64,000 bases of DNA, taken from the sequence record NC_019401.1; one strand, 5' to 3'. Every line of letters begins with the position of its first letter. Positions within the stretch are counted from its first letter, which is position 1. The notes under the pieces were generated by a model, which saw only the letters and a program-made list of their open reading frames with translations, was not told the origin of the DNA and searched no databases. The translations under genes were made by a program, and so were the position numbers. Below, piece after piece: positions 43,873 to 54,318 of this stretch.

Positions 43873-44783
43873 CATTAACAGTAGGATTGCCAGGGTGTGG
43901 TAAAACCACATGGGCGAATGAACAAGTAAAGAAAGCACGGTCGAAGACTGTTATTGTAAACTTGGATGATATTCGCCAGACTATGGCAGGTTCACACAGC
44001 AACTATAAATTCCGCAAAGATAACGAACAGTACGTGCAAAACGCACAGTACAGTGCAGCAACACATGCGGCAGCGAACAACTGGAACATCATCGTTGGTG
44101 ATACCAACTTGAATCCAAGCGTTCGTAATAAATGGAAAGAGTTTGCAAAAACTCATGGTTATACTTACAAAGAACAAAACTTCTTTGAAGAATTCAAGAA
44201 AGATAAAACTTTCGTACATGATTTCTTTGCAGTAAAAGAGTACGTTAAGCTTTGTAAAGAACGTAACCTTCTTCGTGAAAAATCTGTACCAGAAGAAGTT
44301 ATTGATGGTATGGCTGAAAAGTACTTGTACAATTTCGATGTAGTTGGTAATTCAAATTCTGATTTACCAGAAGCTATCATTGTTGATATTGATGGTACTT
44401 TGGCTCACATGAATGGTAAACGTGGTCCATATGAAGAAAATAAAGTTCTTGTTGATGATCCAGATCCTGAAGTTATTTTGTCAGTACTGGCTGAAAAGAA
44501 CTATTTAAATCGTACTGTGATCATCATGAGTGGTCGTCATGAAACATGTCAAGAAGATACTGAAGCATGGTTACAGAAGTACGGTGTACCATACGATCAT
44601 ATCTTCATGCGTGGTGCAGATGATAACCGTTCTGATGACATTGTAAAGTACGAACTTTATATGAACCATGTACTTGGTAATTATAAAGTAGTTAAAGTAT
44701 TCGACGACCGCCAGAAAGTAGTTGAAATGTGGCGTAAACTTTTAAAACTTAAAGTTTATGCAGTTGCGGAAGGAAACTTCTGA
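43860..44783 (+). CDS. pseT: polynucleotide 5'-kinase / 3'-phosphatase
   Basis: P-loop GLPGCGKTT; HAD DIDGTLA; SGR; R..DD..DD.VK; DDRQ.VV.MWR. Confidence 0.95.
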   Translation: MPVLTLTVGLPGCGKTTWANEQVKKARSKTVIVNLDDIRQTMAGSHSNYKFRKDNEQYVQNAQYSAATHAAANNWNIIVGDTNLNPSVRNKWKEFAKTHGYTYKEQNFFEEFKKDKTFVHDFFAVKEYVKLCKERNLLREKSVPEEVIDGMAEKYLYNFDVVGNSNSDLPEAIIVDIDGTLAHMNGKRGPYEENKVLVDDPDPEVILSVLAEKNYLNRTVIIMSGRHETCQEDTEAWLQKYGVPYDHIFMRGADDNRSDDIVKYELYMNHVLGNYKVVKVFDDRQKVVEMWRKLLKLKVYAVAEGNF

Positions 44784-44787
44784 TAAT

Positions 44788-44816
44788 AAGGGATACTTCG
44801 GTATCCCTTCTTTTTA
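44788..44816 (+). terminator. intrinsic terminator
   Basis: AAGGGATAC-TTCG-GTATCCCTT plus T run. Confidence 0.88.
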
Positions 44817-44839
44817 ATTAAGAAAAAAAGGAGTCAATT

Positions 44840-45049
44840 ATGGCTATTAGTGTTGTTTATACAATTAAGAAAAAAGGTACATCTGAAGTGCGTGATATTA
44901 TCACCCATACTGATGAGTACTGGTTCAATTCAGGTTCATATTATGTGAATGGTGGTATTCGTACTGAACTTGAAAAAACTTATCCAGAAAGTGAGTTTGA
45001 TATTGAAGTTCAAGTATTAACACATTCTGGATCTCAATCTAATGAATAA
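44840..45049 (+). CDS. hypothetical protein
   Basis: AGGAG RBS. Confidence 0.7.
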   Translation: MAISVVYTIKKKGTSEVRDIITHTDEYWFNSGSYYVNGGIRTELEKTYPESEFDIEVQVLTHSGSQSNE

Positions 45050-45245
45050 GAATGTTTACTTATTTTATTACACTTCATATGAAATTGTCGATCATGATGA
45101 AGACGGTGCAGTATATGAAGATGTTCGATATAATTTAAGTGCATTCGTTGATTTAAAAAAAGGATTAGAGTACTACAAATCTAAGTACCCTTCTAAATCT
45201 ATACAATATGAATCCATAATAGTTATGGATTTTAACGAGGAATAA
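45042..45245 (+). CDS. hypothetical protein
   Basis: Overlapping start. Confidence 0.65.
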   Translation: MNKNVYLFYYTSYEIVDHDEDGAVYEDVRYNLSAFVDLKKGLEYYKSKYPSKSIQYESIIVMDFNEE

Positions 45246-45248
45246 ATT

Positions 45249-45416
45249 ATGGAAATCATTTTTACTGTACTTTGGTTGTTCGCGTTCATTTGGACTTTAA
45301 CAACTGCTCGCGATAATAATCGCTCAATGTTTATTTGGGGTGTAGTTGCACTTGTATTCTCCCCACTACTAGCACTAGTTTGTCTATGGTTGTTAGGTAA
45401 GAATTATGGAAACTAA
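45249..45416 (+). CDS. 55-aa membrane protein
   Basis: Not in ORF track. GAGG RBS; MEIIFTVLWLFAFIWTLTTARDNNRSMFIWGVVALVFSPLLALVCLWLLGKNYGN. Confidence 0.7.
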   Translation: MEIIFTVLWLFAFIWTLTTARDNNRSMFIWGVVALVFSPLLALVCLWLLGKNYGN

Positions 45417-45687
45417 TAAAGAAAAATACGCATTACCTGAAGGTTCAGAAGAAGTACAATTCGATTACATTGCAAATATGATGGATGAAATCGAAGAAAG
45501 TACGTTCAATGAGTTAGTGTTTAAAATAGATACTAACTACAAAAATGAATGGATGGTTGAAATATATGAACATGCAGACGAAGATGAAACCGATGACTGT
45601 TCATTTGATGATTTAGAAATGGTTGACTGGTATACAGGAAAATCATTGAAAGATGTATTTGATTTTCTTATGGAGCGGTATGTATGA
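45406..45687 (+). CDS. hypothetical acidic protein
   Basis: Operon ORF. Confidence 0.7.
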   Translation: METNKEKYALPEGSEEVQFDYIANMMDEIEESTFNELVFKIDTNYKNEWMVEIYEHADEDETDDCSFDDLEMVDWYTGKSLKDVFDFLMERYV

Positions 45688-46022
45688 GTGAACGTGAATT
45701 TGGAAAACATCAACGCGATCTGGAAGTAACTGGTATTTGTACTGATCCTGATTTTATGTTTGAACTTCGCACGATGTATAATATGGTAGTAGAGTTTGAC
45801 CGCGAATACTGGAGCGATGATCCAGACGCAGATCCAAATGACCTATTTGAGAATTTTACACCACTTACTCTTGAAGTACTACAAAATATCGAAAACGGTA
45901 TTAAAGTTGATGGTGAAATGGTTTCTGGTGAGATTGATTTCATTATCGATGTTCTTGAAGGTGGTGACCAAAATGATTCATTTGGTTCTGAAGGCTGGCG
46001 TCATCAGTTAGGGTGGGATTAA
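45684..46022 (+). CDS. hypothetical acidic protein
   Basis: GGAG RBS, ATGA overlap. Confidence 0.75.
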   Translation: MSEREFGKHQRDLEVTGICTDPDFMFELRTMYNMVVEFDREYWSDDPDADPNDLFENFTPLTLEVLQNIENGIKVDGEMVSGEIDFIIDVLEGGDQNDSFGSEGWRHQLGWD

Positions 46023-46023
46023 T

Positions 46024-46251
46024 ATGTTAGAAGTACTTGCATATATTTCTCTTGTTTATTGTATTGGGGCAGTTATCACATTCTGTGGATTCGCATTATG
46101 GCACGGTGGTGTATCAGATACTTTTGGTATCGGTCTGGCGATCACCGCAGCATTAGCATTTTTCTGGCCTGTGTCAATACCAGTTATGATAAAAGAAGAA
46201 TGGGAAGAACGAAAGAAAAAAGGGAAGAAAAATGGAAAGAACAGGAATTGA
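46024..46251 (+). CDS. hypothetical membrane protein
   Basis: Two TM segments, FFWP motif. Confidence 0.7.
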   Translation: MLEVLAYISLVYCIGAVITFCGFALWHGGVSDTFGIGLAITAALAFFWPVSIPVMIKEEWEERKKKGKKNGKNRN

Positions 46252-46480
46252 GTTCACCTTACTAGACTCATGGGAAGGTTGGGATGAACATGGCGTAGCC
46301 GATTTATATTTTTATGATGTTAAACTAAAACCTGAAGTATTCGGCGAAGATTTCATGAAACAATACGAAGGTAAACGTATGGATTTAGGTATGTACCTTT
46401 CTATTTCTGTTATCGAAGTTTATGTTGAAGGTATCGAAGAACCAGTATTAATTAAAGATGTTAAATTGAGTATTCTATGA
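46232..46480 (+). CDS. hypothetical protein
   Basis: Operon ORF. Confidence 0.7.
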   Translation: MERTGIEFTLLDSWEGWDEHGVADLYFYDVKLKPEVFGEDFMKQYEGKRMDLGMYLSISVIEVYVEGIEEPVLIKDVKLSIL

Positions 46481-46833
46481 CAGATAAAGTTTACGTAGCA
46501 TTTGATGGTACAGAATTTAGCACCAAAAAAGCATTGTTGGAGTATCATGAGATACTTAAACTTGGTGATGAAAAATTTGCTGAAAAACGTAAGCAGTACT
46601 TAGTACTAAAAGAAGCACAAGTGAAAGCACTTGGTGACGTTTTGCAATTTCGTCAAGATTGTGAACATGAATATGTAAAAATTAAAGCGTGTTCAGATAC
46701 TGGAAACTATGATCGTTCACAGGATTCTTATTGGTACGAGATTGAATGTAAGTGCTGTGAAGAAAGATGGAATGAAGATCAGAGTACAAGTAAGTACAAA
46801 ACATACGATAGAAATACAGAGTGGATTAGATAA
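46477..46833 (+). CDS. hypothetical protein with possible Zn site
   Basis: CEH..CKCC motif. Confidence 0.7.
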   Translation: MTDKVYVAFDGTEFSTKKALLEYHEILKLGDEKFAEKRKQYLVLKEAQVKALGDVLQFRQDCEHEYVKIKACSDTGNYDRSQDSYWYEIECKCCEERWNEDQSTSKYKTYDRNTEWIR

Positions 46834-47078
46834 TGATTGTAGCAATTTATATTCAAAGTGAATCTTGTGACAAATATCTTGAATTATTTGTTAATGAAAG
46901 TGTTCACGAAATCAAAGAAAAATTATATGAAAACATGGAAATGTATGAGCCTGTTTGCGAATATGATGTAGTCTTTGATGAAAGTACTACTGATAAAGAA
47001 AAACTTTCTGTCCATGAAATGTTGTCTGATTGGTATGACGATTCTTGGAATAGTGACGACGAAGAAGAAGATTATTAA
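46833..47078 (+). CDS. hypothetical acidic protein
   Basis: Start adjacent to upstream stop. Confidence 0.7.
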   Translation: MIVAIYIQSESCDKYLELFVNESVHEIKEKLYENMEMYEPVCEYDVVFDESTTDKEKLSVHEMLSDWYDDSWNSDDEEEDY

Positions 47079-47084
47079 GTTCGT

Positions 47085-47108
47085 GGGGAACAGTAGTTCC
47101 CTATTTTA
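47085..47108 (+). terminator. intrinsic terminator
   Basis: GGGGAAC-AGTA-GTTCCCC then T-rich. Confidence 0.7.
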
Positions 47109-47122
47109 ATTGAGGAAAACAC

Positions 47123-47764
47123 ATGACTACTATTGAAGCAATTGAAGCACGTATTGAAGAATTAGCAAGCAAACGTGCGGCGAACCAAGCACTAATGCAG
47201 CCCATGTTCAAAGAAAACAGTGCACTTACTGACGAGATTCAAGAACTGCAAGCTCAAGTACTAAAACTAAAAAGCGAAGCGATTGAAACTGAAGAAGATA
47301 TGATTAAGTTCTATATCGTGAACGATGGTTGTTCTAATGGTATGGATCATTATCATGCACGTAATCGTTTCTTTGAATCTATCGGGCTTCGAACTTGCGG
47401 TTATTTTCCAGCAACTAATCAATGTGGATTTGAACTGATGTTATATAAGGACGGTTCTAATCTTGAACAAACATTGAGCGGGATTGAAAAAGTACTACCA
47501 TATATCATCCCAATTGATGGGGAAGAATATGACCGTAATAAAGTAATTACCATGTCCATTTTTGAACGAACCTGCTCAGAGTACGGTTGCTATTCATTGG
47601 TATATGATGTTGAAAGTATTGAATGGATATTGTCAAAGATTGCATGGCATCGTCGTAGTGAACTTAAAGTGTTTAAAACTTTACGTGAAGCACTTGAATA
47701 CATTAGTGCTAATCATTATTACGGATATGATGACGAAGAACAATCTGATGAAGAAGAATATTAA
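47123..47764 (+). CDS. hypothetical protein, N-terminal coiled coil
   Basis: GAGG RBS. Confidence 0.8.
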   Translation: MTTIEAIEARIEELASKRAANQALMQPMFKENSALTDEIQELQAQVLKLKSEAIETEEDMIKFYIVNDGCSNGMDHYHARNRFFESIGLRTCGYFPATNQCGFELMLYKDGSNLEQTLSGIEKVLPYIIPIDGEEYDRNKVITMSIFERTCSEYGCYSLVYDVESIEWILSKIAWHRRSELKVFKTLREALEYISANHYYGYDDEEQSDEEEY

Positions 47765-48543
47765 TGACACATGTAAAGATAATTAATGTTCCCGATGATA
47801 AAGATTTATATATCATCGGAGATATTCATGGAAACTATAATTTCTATGAAGCAACCTTACGAGAATTAGGAATCACTGATGACGATGTAATAATCAGCGT
47901 GGGTGATTTGGTTGATCGCGGCACAAATAATGCAAAAATGTTGCATGAATTTTTAACTAAAGAAAATCGATACATGGTACTTGGTAATCATGAATCGATG
48001 ATGATTCAGGCACAATCAAGTCGTGAATGGAATTTGAATTGGCTTCATAATGGCGGTACTACTACGCTTGAAGAAATTGGACAAGCAGGTATTTCACATT
48101 TTTGTGAAATGCTTTCAGATATTCCACATCTTATTGAAGTGAATCATCGTGGATATAAATTGGGTATTGCTCATGCAGGAATCCCACATTATCCAAGTGT
48201 TAGCGATTGGGATACAATCAAAGAATGGGCTGAAACAAATGCAGAGTACCGACACCAGTTAATTTGGGATCGTGATGCTATTCAGTACGCAATGTTTGAT
48301 TATGATGTTCCTGAAGCAGAGAAACTAGAACGTATTATTAATGGTGTTGATTATGTTATTCATGGTCATACTGGAGTTCCTAATAAATTCCAGTTCGGAA
48401 ATCGTGTTTGGATTGATACTCAATTCAGAGCTAATAAATTCACTCTAGCATATATGGACACGGAAACACATTTCATGAAATTTAAATCAGTACTTCCCGA
48501 TCTGTGGGGTGCAGATCAAGGATATACAATAGAGGAACTATAA
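47764..48543 (+). CDS. Ser/Thr protein phosphatase (lambda NinI/PPP family)
   Basis: GDIHG, GDLVDRG, GNHE, HAG, HGHT, IDT motifs. Confidence 0.92.
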   Translation: MTHVKIINVPDDKDLYIIGDIHGNYNFYEATLRELGITDDDVIISVGDLVDRGTNNAKMLHEFLTKENRYMVLGNHESMMIQAQSSREWNLNWLHNGGTTTLEEIGQAGISHFCEMLSDIPHLIEVNHRGYKLGIAHAGIPHYPSVSDWDTIKEWAETNAEYRHQLIWDRDAIQYAMFDYDVPEAEKLERIINGVDYVIHGHTGVPNKFQFGNRVWIDTQFRANKFTLAYMDTETHFMKFKSVLPDLWGADQGYTIEEL

Positions 48544-48848
48544 TGAAAGAATTAAAAGTACGATCAAAGTTGCAAGAAGAACCATATTTCCAACCATTTA
48601 TTATCACCAATCCTGAAATTATAGAAGAAGTCGATTTTACTATGAACACAGTACTAATCGCATTCGATAATGATACATACCATTCAGAAACGTTAATTTT
48701 AGGTAAACCAATTATCCATATCGATGGAACAACGACTACCATCATTGATTATTACTACACAATCAAAGATGATAAATTTAACCGCCGTACCACATTGTCA
48801 ACATTAATTGCTGGCGGCGTTACTGTTTTTGTAAAGGAAGCTTATTAA
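48543..48848 (+). CDS. hypothetical protein
   Basis: GAGG RBS; start reassigned. Confidence 0.7.
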   Translation: MKELKVRSKLQEEPYFQPFIITNPEIIEEVDFTMNTVLIAFDNDTYHSETLILGKPIIHIDGTTTTIIDYYYTIKDDKFNRRTTLSTLIAGGVTVFVKEAY

Positions 48849-49306
48849 TGCGTTTATATAGTATTACAAACATGTACATGGCTGGTGTTCATGCTGGTAT
48901 TCAAACACAACACAGTACTGGTGAGATGTTTCTAAAATATCCACACACTACACCACAACATAGTACTATTATGACATATCTTCAGTTCCATAAAACAACG
49001 ATTGTTGTAAATGGTGGAATGCACGATAATCTAATGTCAATTTTGGCGTTGATGGAAAAATGGGAAGCAGAAGAAGAATATGAAGTACTTCCATTTGCAC
49101 CATTCTTCGAGCCAGGCGTAAATAACGCACTAACAAGTATCAGTATAATTATGCCACAAGATGCGGTTGATTATATGGATGCAATTCGCAAAACTGCACC
49201 AGATTCTGAAGAATATAGTAAATTAAAACTCGCCATGTATAATTCATATGGTCGTTATGGCATTCCAGTTTTGGAAACATTAGCATTCTTACCACTAGCA
49301 AAATAA
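48848..49306 (+). CDS. peptidyl-tRNA hydrolase II-like protein
   Basis: G..AGIQTQHS; HKTTIVVNGG; LPFA.F.EP..NNALTSI..IMP. Confidence 0.55.
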   Translation: MRLYSITNMYMAGVHAGIQTQHSTGEMFLKYPHTTPQHSTIMTYLQFHKTTIVVNGGMHDNLMSILALMEKWEAEEEYEVLPFAPFFEPGVNNALTSISIIMPQDAVDYMDAIRKTAPDSEEYSKLKLAMYNSYGRYGIPVLETLAFLPLAK

Positions 49307-49316
49307 GAGAAAAACA

Positions 49317-50537
49317 ATGGTAGCTATTCCAGAGAAATTTTATGTAACACGTGTATATCGGTCAGCAGAAGAAGTACTAGGATGGATGGTGGTTGCTGAT
49401 AAAGAGCACACGAAAGCATTCAAAGATGCAAAAGTCAAAGCTGATGCTTGGGCTACTCCATACCGCCGTTATGGTCAAACCACTGAAGACCCAGGAATGG
49501 AACCAATTTATGTTGATAATAAACCACGTAAGGGTTTCCGAATGGTTACTAATGTTAGCCGTTACAGTACTTCTAACGTTGTTTGGCGTATCATGCATCC
49601 AGAAGGTTTCGAGTTTGAAATCACTTCAGACAATCTATGTGATCTTCTGGAAACTAATACGATTGTAGAAGGTGAATTTCAGGATGAACTTTTCTTCACT
49701 CACAATAAAAAATTAGTCAATGAAAAAACAAAATTATTTGCTGACCTAATCGCACGTGAAGAAAAGAAAAAAGAACAGAAAGAAAAAGCCAAAGAAATGT
49801 TCATCGGCACTCGCCTGGTTTATGAACATTATAAAGGAAATAGAACTTTCATTTATTGTGGCAAAGCACATGCTATTACTGTGAATAACAACAAGCCATT
49901 CCAGTTAAGTGCAAAAAGTTCTTTGCGTTTTGTTGTTCAGGAAGTAAGTACTGGTAATTATCATATGCTTAGTTCAATTTCTGACGATTATAAAATTGTT
50001 GAACAATATGAAAATGACAATATCGATATGTCAGATGTTGTTCAAAAGTTTAATGAGCAAATAAAAGATTCAACAAAGAAAAAGTCGCAGTACTATGACC
50101 CTAGCTATATTCCTAATGCTGTTGTGCCTATTTTTGCTTCGGTTAAACCATACAAACGTGAACAACTGAAGATTGAATATAATCCAGTAGACCCAAAAGA
50201 AATCCAATATATTGGTGGGGATAAGATTTATCTTCATAATAATTCTATGATTTTCGGATTCGCATGGAATAGTCATTATAATTGGGAAGAAACTTCAGAC
50301 CAATCATATTACGGCACACATCATACTATGACGCATTTACGCACTTATCCAATTGGTGGAGTAGATGATAAGGGTTATCCAGCACTTGATATTGATATTA
50401 CCAATCATCGTCAGATTGGGTCTTATCGTAGTGATAATATTTTTGCACCAATCCGCCGTGATTATCAGGGAATTAGGCTAGACACTGTACCAATGCCAGA
50501 AGAAGTTCTTATGGGTCATTATGTAATCGGGGAATAA
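49317..50537 (+). CDS. hypothetical protein
   Basis: Long ORF; N.P..GFR..W.I.HPEGFEFEI..NL pattern. Confidence 0.85.
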   Translation: MVAIPEKFYVTRVYRSAEEVLGWMVVADKEHTKAFKDAKVKADAWATPYRRYGQTTEDPGMEPIYVDNKPRKGFRMVTNVSRYSTSNVVWRIMHPEGFEFEITSDNLCDLLETNTIVEGEFQDELFFTHNKKLVNEKTKLFADLIAREEKKKEQKEKAKEMFIGTRLVYEHYKGNRTFIYCGKAHAITVNNNKPFQLSAKSSLRFVVQEVSTGNYHMLSSISDDYKIVEQYENDNIDMSDVVQKFNEQIKDSTKKKSQYYDPSYIPNAVVPIFASVKPYKREQLKIEYNPVDPKEIQYIGGDKIYLHNNSMIFGFAWNSHYNWEETSDQSYYGTHHTMTHLRTYPIGGVDDKGYPALDIDITNHRQIGSYRSDNIFAPIRRDYQGIRLDTVPMPEEVLMGHYVIGE

Positions 50538-50562
50538 TATTCCCCTTGTTAAAGGATATAAC

Positions 50563-51978
50563 ATGTCTGTTTTAGATATTATTTTAAAAATTAAAGAAAC
50601 TGCTAGTACTAACGCAAAGAAAGATATTCTGTCAGAAAACATTAATAATGATGATTTGAAACGTGCAATTAAATTAGCACTTGAACCATCTATTGTTAGC
50701 GGTATTAAAAAGATTCCAGAACCAATTAGTACTGACAAAAAACTAACTCTTTCAGAAGCACTTGACGCACTTGACGCACTATACACTCGTTCAGTTACAG
50801 GTAATGCCGCTCGGCAATTCCTTGGTGAATTACTTGGTTCTGTAAGTGAAGATGATGCTGATGTTGTTCGTCGCGTCGTACTGAAAAATCTTGACTGTGG
50901 TATTCAAGAGAAAAATGCAAATGACGTATTCGGTAAGAACTTTATTAAAGATGAACCTTACATGCGTTGTTCTCTAGTGACTGAAAAAACCATTCCAAAT
51001 ATTACATCTTTCAAAACTCATGGTTATGCAGTTGCTGAAATTAAAATGGATGGTCAGTATTTAAACAGTGCTGTTGTCAATAATACATTGCTTTGTACGT
51101 CACGAAATGGTAAAATCTATGACTTCTTGGGTCATAAAGATGATGACATGATTTTCCTTGCACAAAATGTGCAGCGTCTAGATGACCGATTTGAAAATGG
51201 TGTTGTTTTCAATGGTGAATGTTTAGTACTGGATACTGATGGTAATATTCTACCTCGTGAAACAGGTAATGGTATTATTCAGAAAGCTGGTAAAGACAGC
51301 ATCACCAATTCAGAAGCAATGCGTGTAGTATTTGTTCTATGGGATGTATTGCCATATGATGCATATATGGATGGTATTTGGGAAGTAGAACGTAAAGAAC
51401 GTCGCGAACTTCTTGAAAACGCAATCAGTGCGTTGGATTCTGAATATGTACGATTAGTTGAATATCGTAAAGTACAAGATATTGGTGAAGCCTTTGATTA
51501 TAATACTGAAGCTATTGAACGTGGTGAGGAAGGTGTTATTCTTAAATGTGAAAGTGCTATCTGGAAATCACATACATCACCAAAACAATTAAAACTAAAA
51601 TTAAAAATGCAGTTCGATCTTCGCGTTATTGGTTATCGTCCAGGTGAAGGTAAACGTGCTGGTTTGATTGGTGCATTAATTCTACAATCCGAAGACGGGA
51701 TTATCGAAGTAGGATGCGGAACTGGTATCAAAGAAAAAGACCATGAATGGACATTCACAACCATGATGGAGCGTTGGGATGAAATTGATGGTGGTATTGC
51801 TACTGTAGAAAGTACTGCATTAACTCGTGATAAACGTACTGGAAAAATGAGTATATTCTTACCAGTATTTGTTGAATTCCGTTTTGATAAAGATACGGCT
51901 GATACATATGAACGTATTCTTGAAATAAAAGAATCAGCAGTGCATGTACTTCGTGAGAAATTGGCTCGTCTAGAATGA
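50563..51978 (+). CDS. lig: ATP-dependent DNA ligase
   Basis: Motif I KMDG, FNGE, WD, EEGVILK, K.K, LDCG N-domain, PVF..FR.DK. Confidence 0.96.
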   Translation: MSVLDIILKIKETASTNAKKDILSENINNDDLKRAIKLALEPSIVSGIKKIPEPISTDKKLTLSEALDALDALYTRSVTGNAARQFLGELLGSVSEDDADVVRRVVLKNLDCGIQEKNANDVFGKNFIKDEPYMRCSLVTEKTIPNITSFKTHGYAVAEIKMDGQYLNSAVVNNTLLCTSRNGKIYDFLGHKDDDMIFLAQNVQRLDDRFENGVVFNGECLVLDTDGNILPRETGNGIIQKAGKDSITNSEAMRVVFVLWDVLPYDAYMDGIWEVERKERRELLENAISALDSEYVRLVEYRKVQDIGEAFDYNTEAIERGEEGVILKCESAIWKSHTSPKQLKLKLKMQFDLRVIGYRPGEGKRAGLIGALILQSEDGIIEVGCGTGIKEKDHEWTFTTMMERWDEIDGGIATVESTALTRDKRTGKMSIFLPVFVEFRFDKDTADTYERILEIKESAVHVLREKLARLE

Positions 51979-52397
51979 TTATCTATACAAACTTTGGTAC
52001 AAATGAAGAAGTTGTGTTTATTGTTCCTCCTATTGTGGAGGAATATAATAGTTCTTCAGTCTTTGACCGTTTTAATGAGCGTATGTCAAATGGAATGTCC
52101 CGCTATTTTTCAAGCACATTCGTCTTACACTGTAATGAAATTACGGTGTATGATTGTTGTACAGAACAGTACCTTGAATTAAAAAACAGAAGAAGACCAC
52201 TTGACACAGGATGGCAACGTGGTACAATAGCAGCACGGTTGAAAAACAACTTTAAACTTGGAACTTTTCATAATGGAGAAGAATTTTCCCCATTTGGACA
52301 TAGAACTGATTTTCGTACAATAACGGTCTATCCAGAAAGTACTGAAAATCTGGAAGAATATTTAAGGAATTTAGATGAAATTTATCACTTTTTCTGA
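51975..52397 (+). CDS. hypothetical protein
   Basis: ATGA overlap. Confidence 0.7.
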   Translation: MIIYTNFGTNEEVVFIVPPIVEEYNSSSVFDRFNERMSNGMSRYFSSTFVLHCNEITVYDCCTEQYLELKNRRRPLDTGWQRGTIAARLKNNFKLGTFHNGEEFSPFGHRTDFRTITVYPESTENLEEYLRNLDEIYHFF

Positions 52398-53166
52398 TAC
52401 GCATGATTCGGTTGATTTTATTAATAATGTTACTGGAAATAAAGATGCTATTCTTTTACTTCCTGGTGATATTGGTGAAGTTCGCCGTTTTAATAAGTAC
52501 AGAAATATGATTGAAATACTTTCTTCTAAATTCAAAGAAGTGCTTTTGGTTCCTGGTAATCATGAGTACTATCGTTCAAATATAACAAAAACGCATCGAG
52601 TACTTAAAGAACTCGACGAAGAAATTTCTAATTTTCATTTCCTTCAGAATGACTTTCGTATATTTGATGATGTATTAATATTGGGCGGTACTTTGTGGAC
52701 AGATTATGATAACGGTAATCCTCTTACTAAGCTACATGCTCGGTTGGGAATGAACGATTATAAATGCATCAGGCATGGCGATCCATCAACGTACTGGCAT
52801 CATCGGATTACACCTGAAGAAATTGAATTTTTTCATTACGAAACAAAAACTTTTTTGCAGAAATGCCTTGACAAACAGCGTGAAGTATGTCAAAATACAA
52901 AAACGGTGATAATGACGCACCACGCTCCAAGTTTTAACAGTGTAGATCCGCTCTACCGTGATGATAATTTGAATGGTTGCTACTGTTCAAATATGGATTA
53001 TTTTGTCGATAGTTTAGGTGCAGACGTTTGGGTACATGGTCATATTCATGCATCACATGATTACATGATAGGCGATACTCGCGTGATATGTAATCCACGT
53101 GGATATACCTTTGGTGTACAACATGAAAACAGTGCATTTAATAGTACTATGACATTTGAGGTGTAA
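52375..53166 (+). CDS. calcineurin-like metallophosphoesterase
   Basis: SDTH, PGD, PGNHEYY, GGTLWTD, THHAP, HGHIH, NPRGY. Confidence 0.92.
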   Translation: MKFITFSDTHDSVDFINNVTGNKDAILLLPGDIGEVRRFNKYRNMIEILSSKFKEVLLVPGNHEYYRSNITKTHRVLKELDEEISNFHFLQNDFRIFDDVLILGGTLWTDYDNGNPLTKLHARLGMNDYKCIRHGDPSTYWHHRITPEEIEFFHYETKTFLQKCLDKQREVCQNTKTVIMTHHAPSFNSVDPLYRDDNLNGCYCSNMDYFVDSLGADVWVHGHIHASHDYMIGDTRVICNPRGYTFGVQHENSAFNSTMTFEV

Positions 53167-53167
53167 T

Positions 53168-53608
53168 ATGGCAGGGAATGATGCACTAACAAGACTTATG
53201 TCTATGGTTGCTAACAATACGAAAGTGACCATAAATGATCAAACCATGTCTTTCAGTGAGATGGTTATCAAGAAAACATCCGATGGGGGAACTGTTGTAA
53301 TGGTCGATGGTTTGCCTGTCGTGGGTGATGAAATTGAGATCAATATAGAAGTAAATGGTGATGTTGAATCTATCATATTAGGTTCAGGTACTGTTACTTG
53401 TATTAATGTAAACAACGGCGTTAAAACCGTCTCTGGTGATGTTATGTGTGAAGATGTTCATGGAAACATATCAACAACATCAGGCGACGTTAAATGTAAA
53501 GATGTTGCGGGGAACGTATCAACTGTTTCTGGTGATGTTAATGGTAACACAATTGGTGGTAACGTAAGTACCATTTCTGGTAATATTTCACATAAGGGTA
53601 AAGCTTAA
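53168..53608 (+). CDS. beta-solenoid repeat protein (DUF4097-like)
   Basis: Repeated [VI].T.SG[DN][VI] units. Confidence 0.7.
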   Translation: MAGNDALTRLMSMVANNTKVTINDQTMSFSEMVIKKTSDGGTVVMVDGLPVVGDEIEINIEVNGDVESIILGSGTVTCINVNNGVKTVSGDVMCEDVHGNISTTSGDVKCKDVAGNVSTVSGDVNGNTIGGNVSTISGNISHKGKA

Positions 53609-53609
53609 T

Positions 53610-54302
53610 ATGTTCAATAATTCAATTCTCGACACAACTGATACTACTCCATCCAACTACAGCATTCCTATTGTTCTGGAACGTTCTGCTGATGGTGAAC
53701 GTTCTTACGATCTAGCATCTCGCATGATGGCAGAACGCATCATTATGATTGATTCTGATTTCAATGCACAGATGGCACACATTATCAAAATGCAACTTAT
53801 GTATCTTGATTCACGTGATAAAAAACCAATTACCATGTATGTAAGCTCCCCAGGTGGTTCTGTACACGATGGTCTAGGTATTAAAGATGTAGCTAAGAAC
53901 TGCCGCTCACCAATTAAAACTATCGTAATGGGTTATGCTGCAAGTATGGGTTGCTACACTCAATCCGTAATGGGTACACCTGGTATGCGTTTGATGGGTG
54001 CAGATTCCTTTATTATGGCACACCAAGTATCCTCTGGTACTAAAGGTCTAATTACTGATCAGAAAATTGCATTACAACATTCTGAACGTTTGAATGAACT
54101 TCTAACTAAACAGATTGCTGAAGCAGTTGGTGTTTCTCACGAAGACTTCCTAAAAGATGTTGATCGTGATTTGTGGCTAAATGCTGAAGAAGCACTTAAC
54201 TACGGTACTAAAGGTTTTGTAGATGGTATTCTTGTTGGCGAACGTAACGAGAAAGGTCAATACAAAGTAAAACGTCGCGATGGTTCTTTTGATTGGGTAT
54301 AA
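53610..54302 (+). CDS. clpP: ClpP-family protease subunit
   Basis: ERS.D..SR.M.ERII; LMYL; SPGGSV; catalytic G.AASMG and MAHQ; DRD.WLNAEEAL.YG..D. Confidence 0.93.
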   Translation: MFNNSILDTTDTTPSNYSIPIVLERSADGERSYDLASRMMAERIIMIDSDFNAQMAHIIKMQLMYLDSRDKKPITMYVSSPGGSVHDGLGIKDVAKNCRSPIKTIVMGYAASMGCYTQSVMGTPGMRLMGADSFIMAHQVSSGTKGLITDQKIALQHSERLNELLTKQIAEAVGVSHEDFLKDVDRDLWLNAEEALNYGTKGFVDGILVGERNEKGQYKVKRRDGSFDWV

Positions 54303-54318
54303 TTTAAAAATTTAACTT

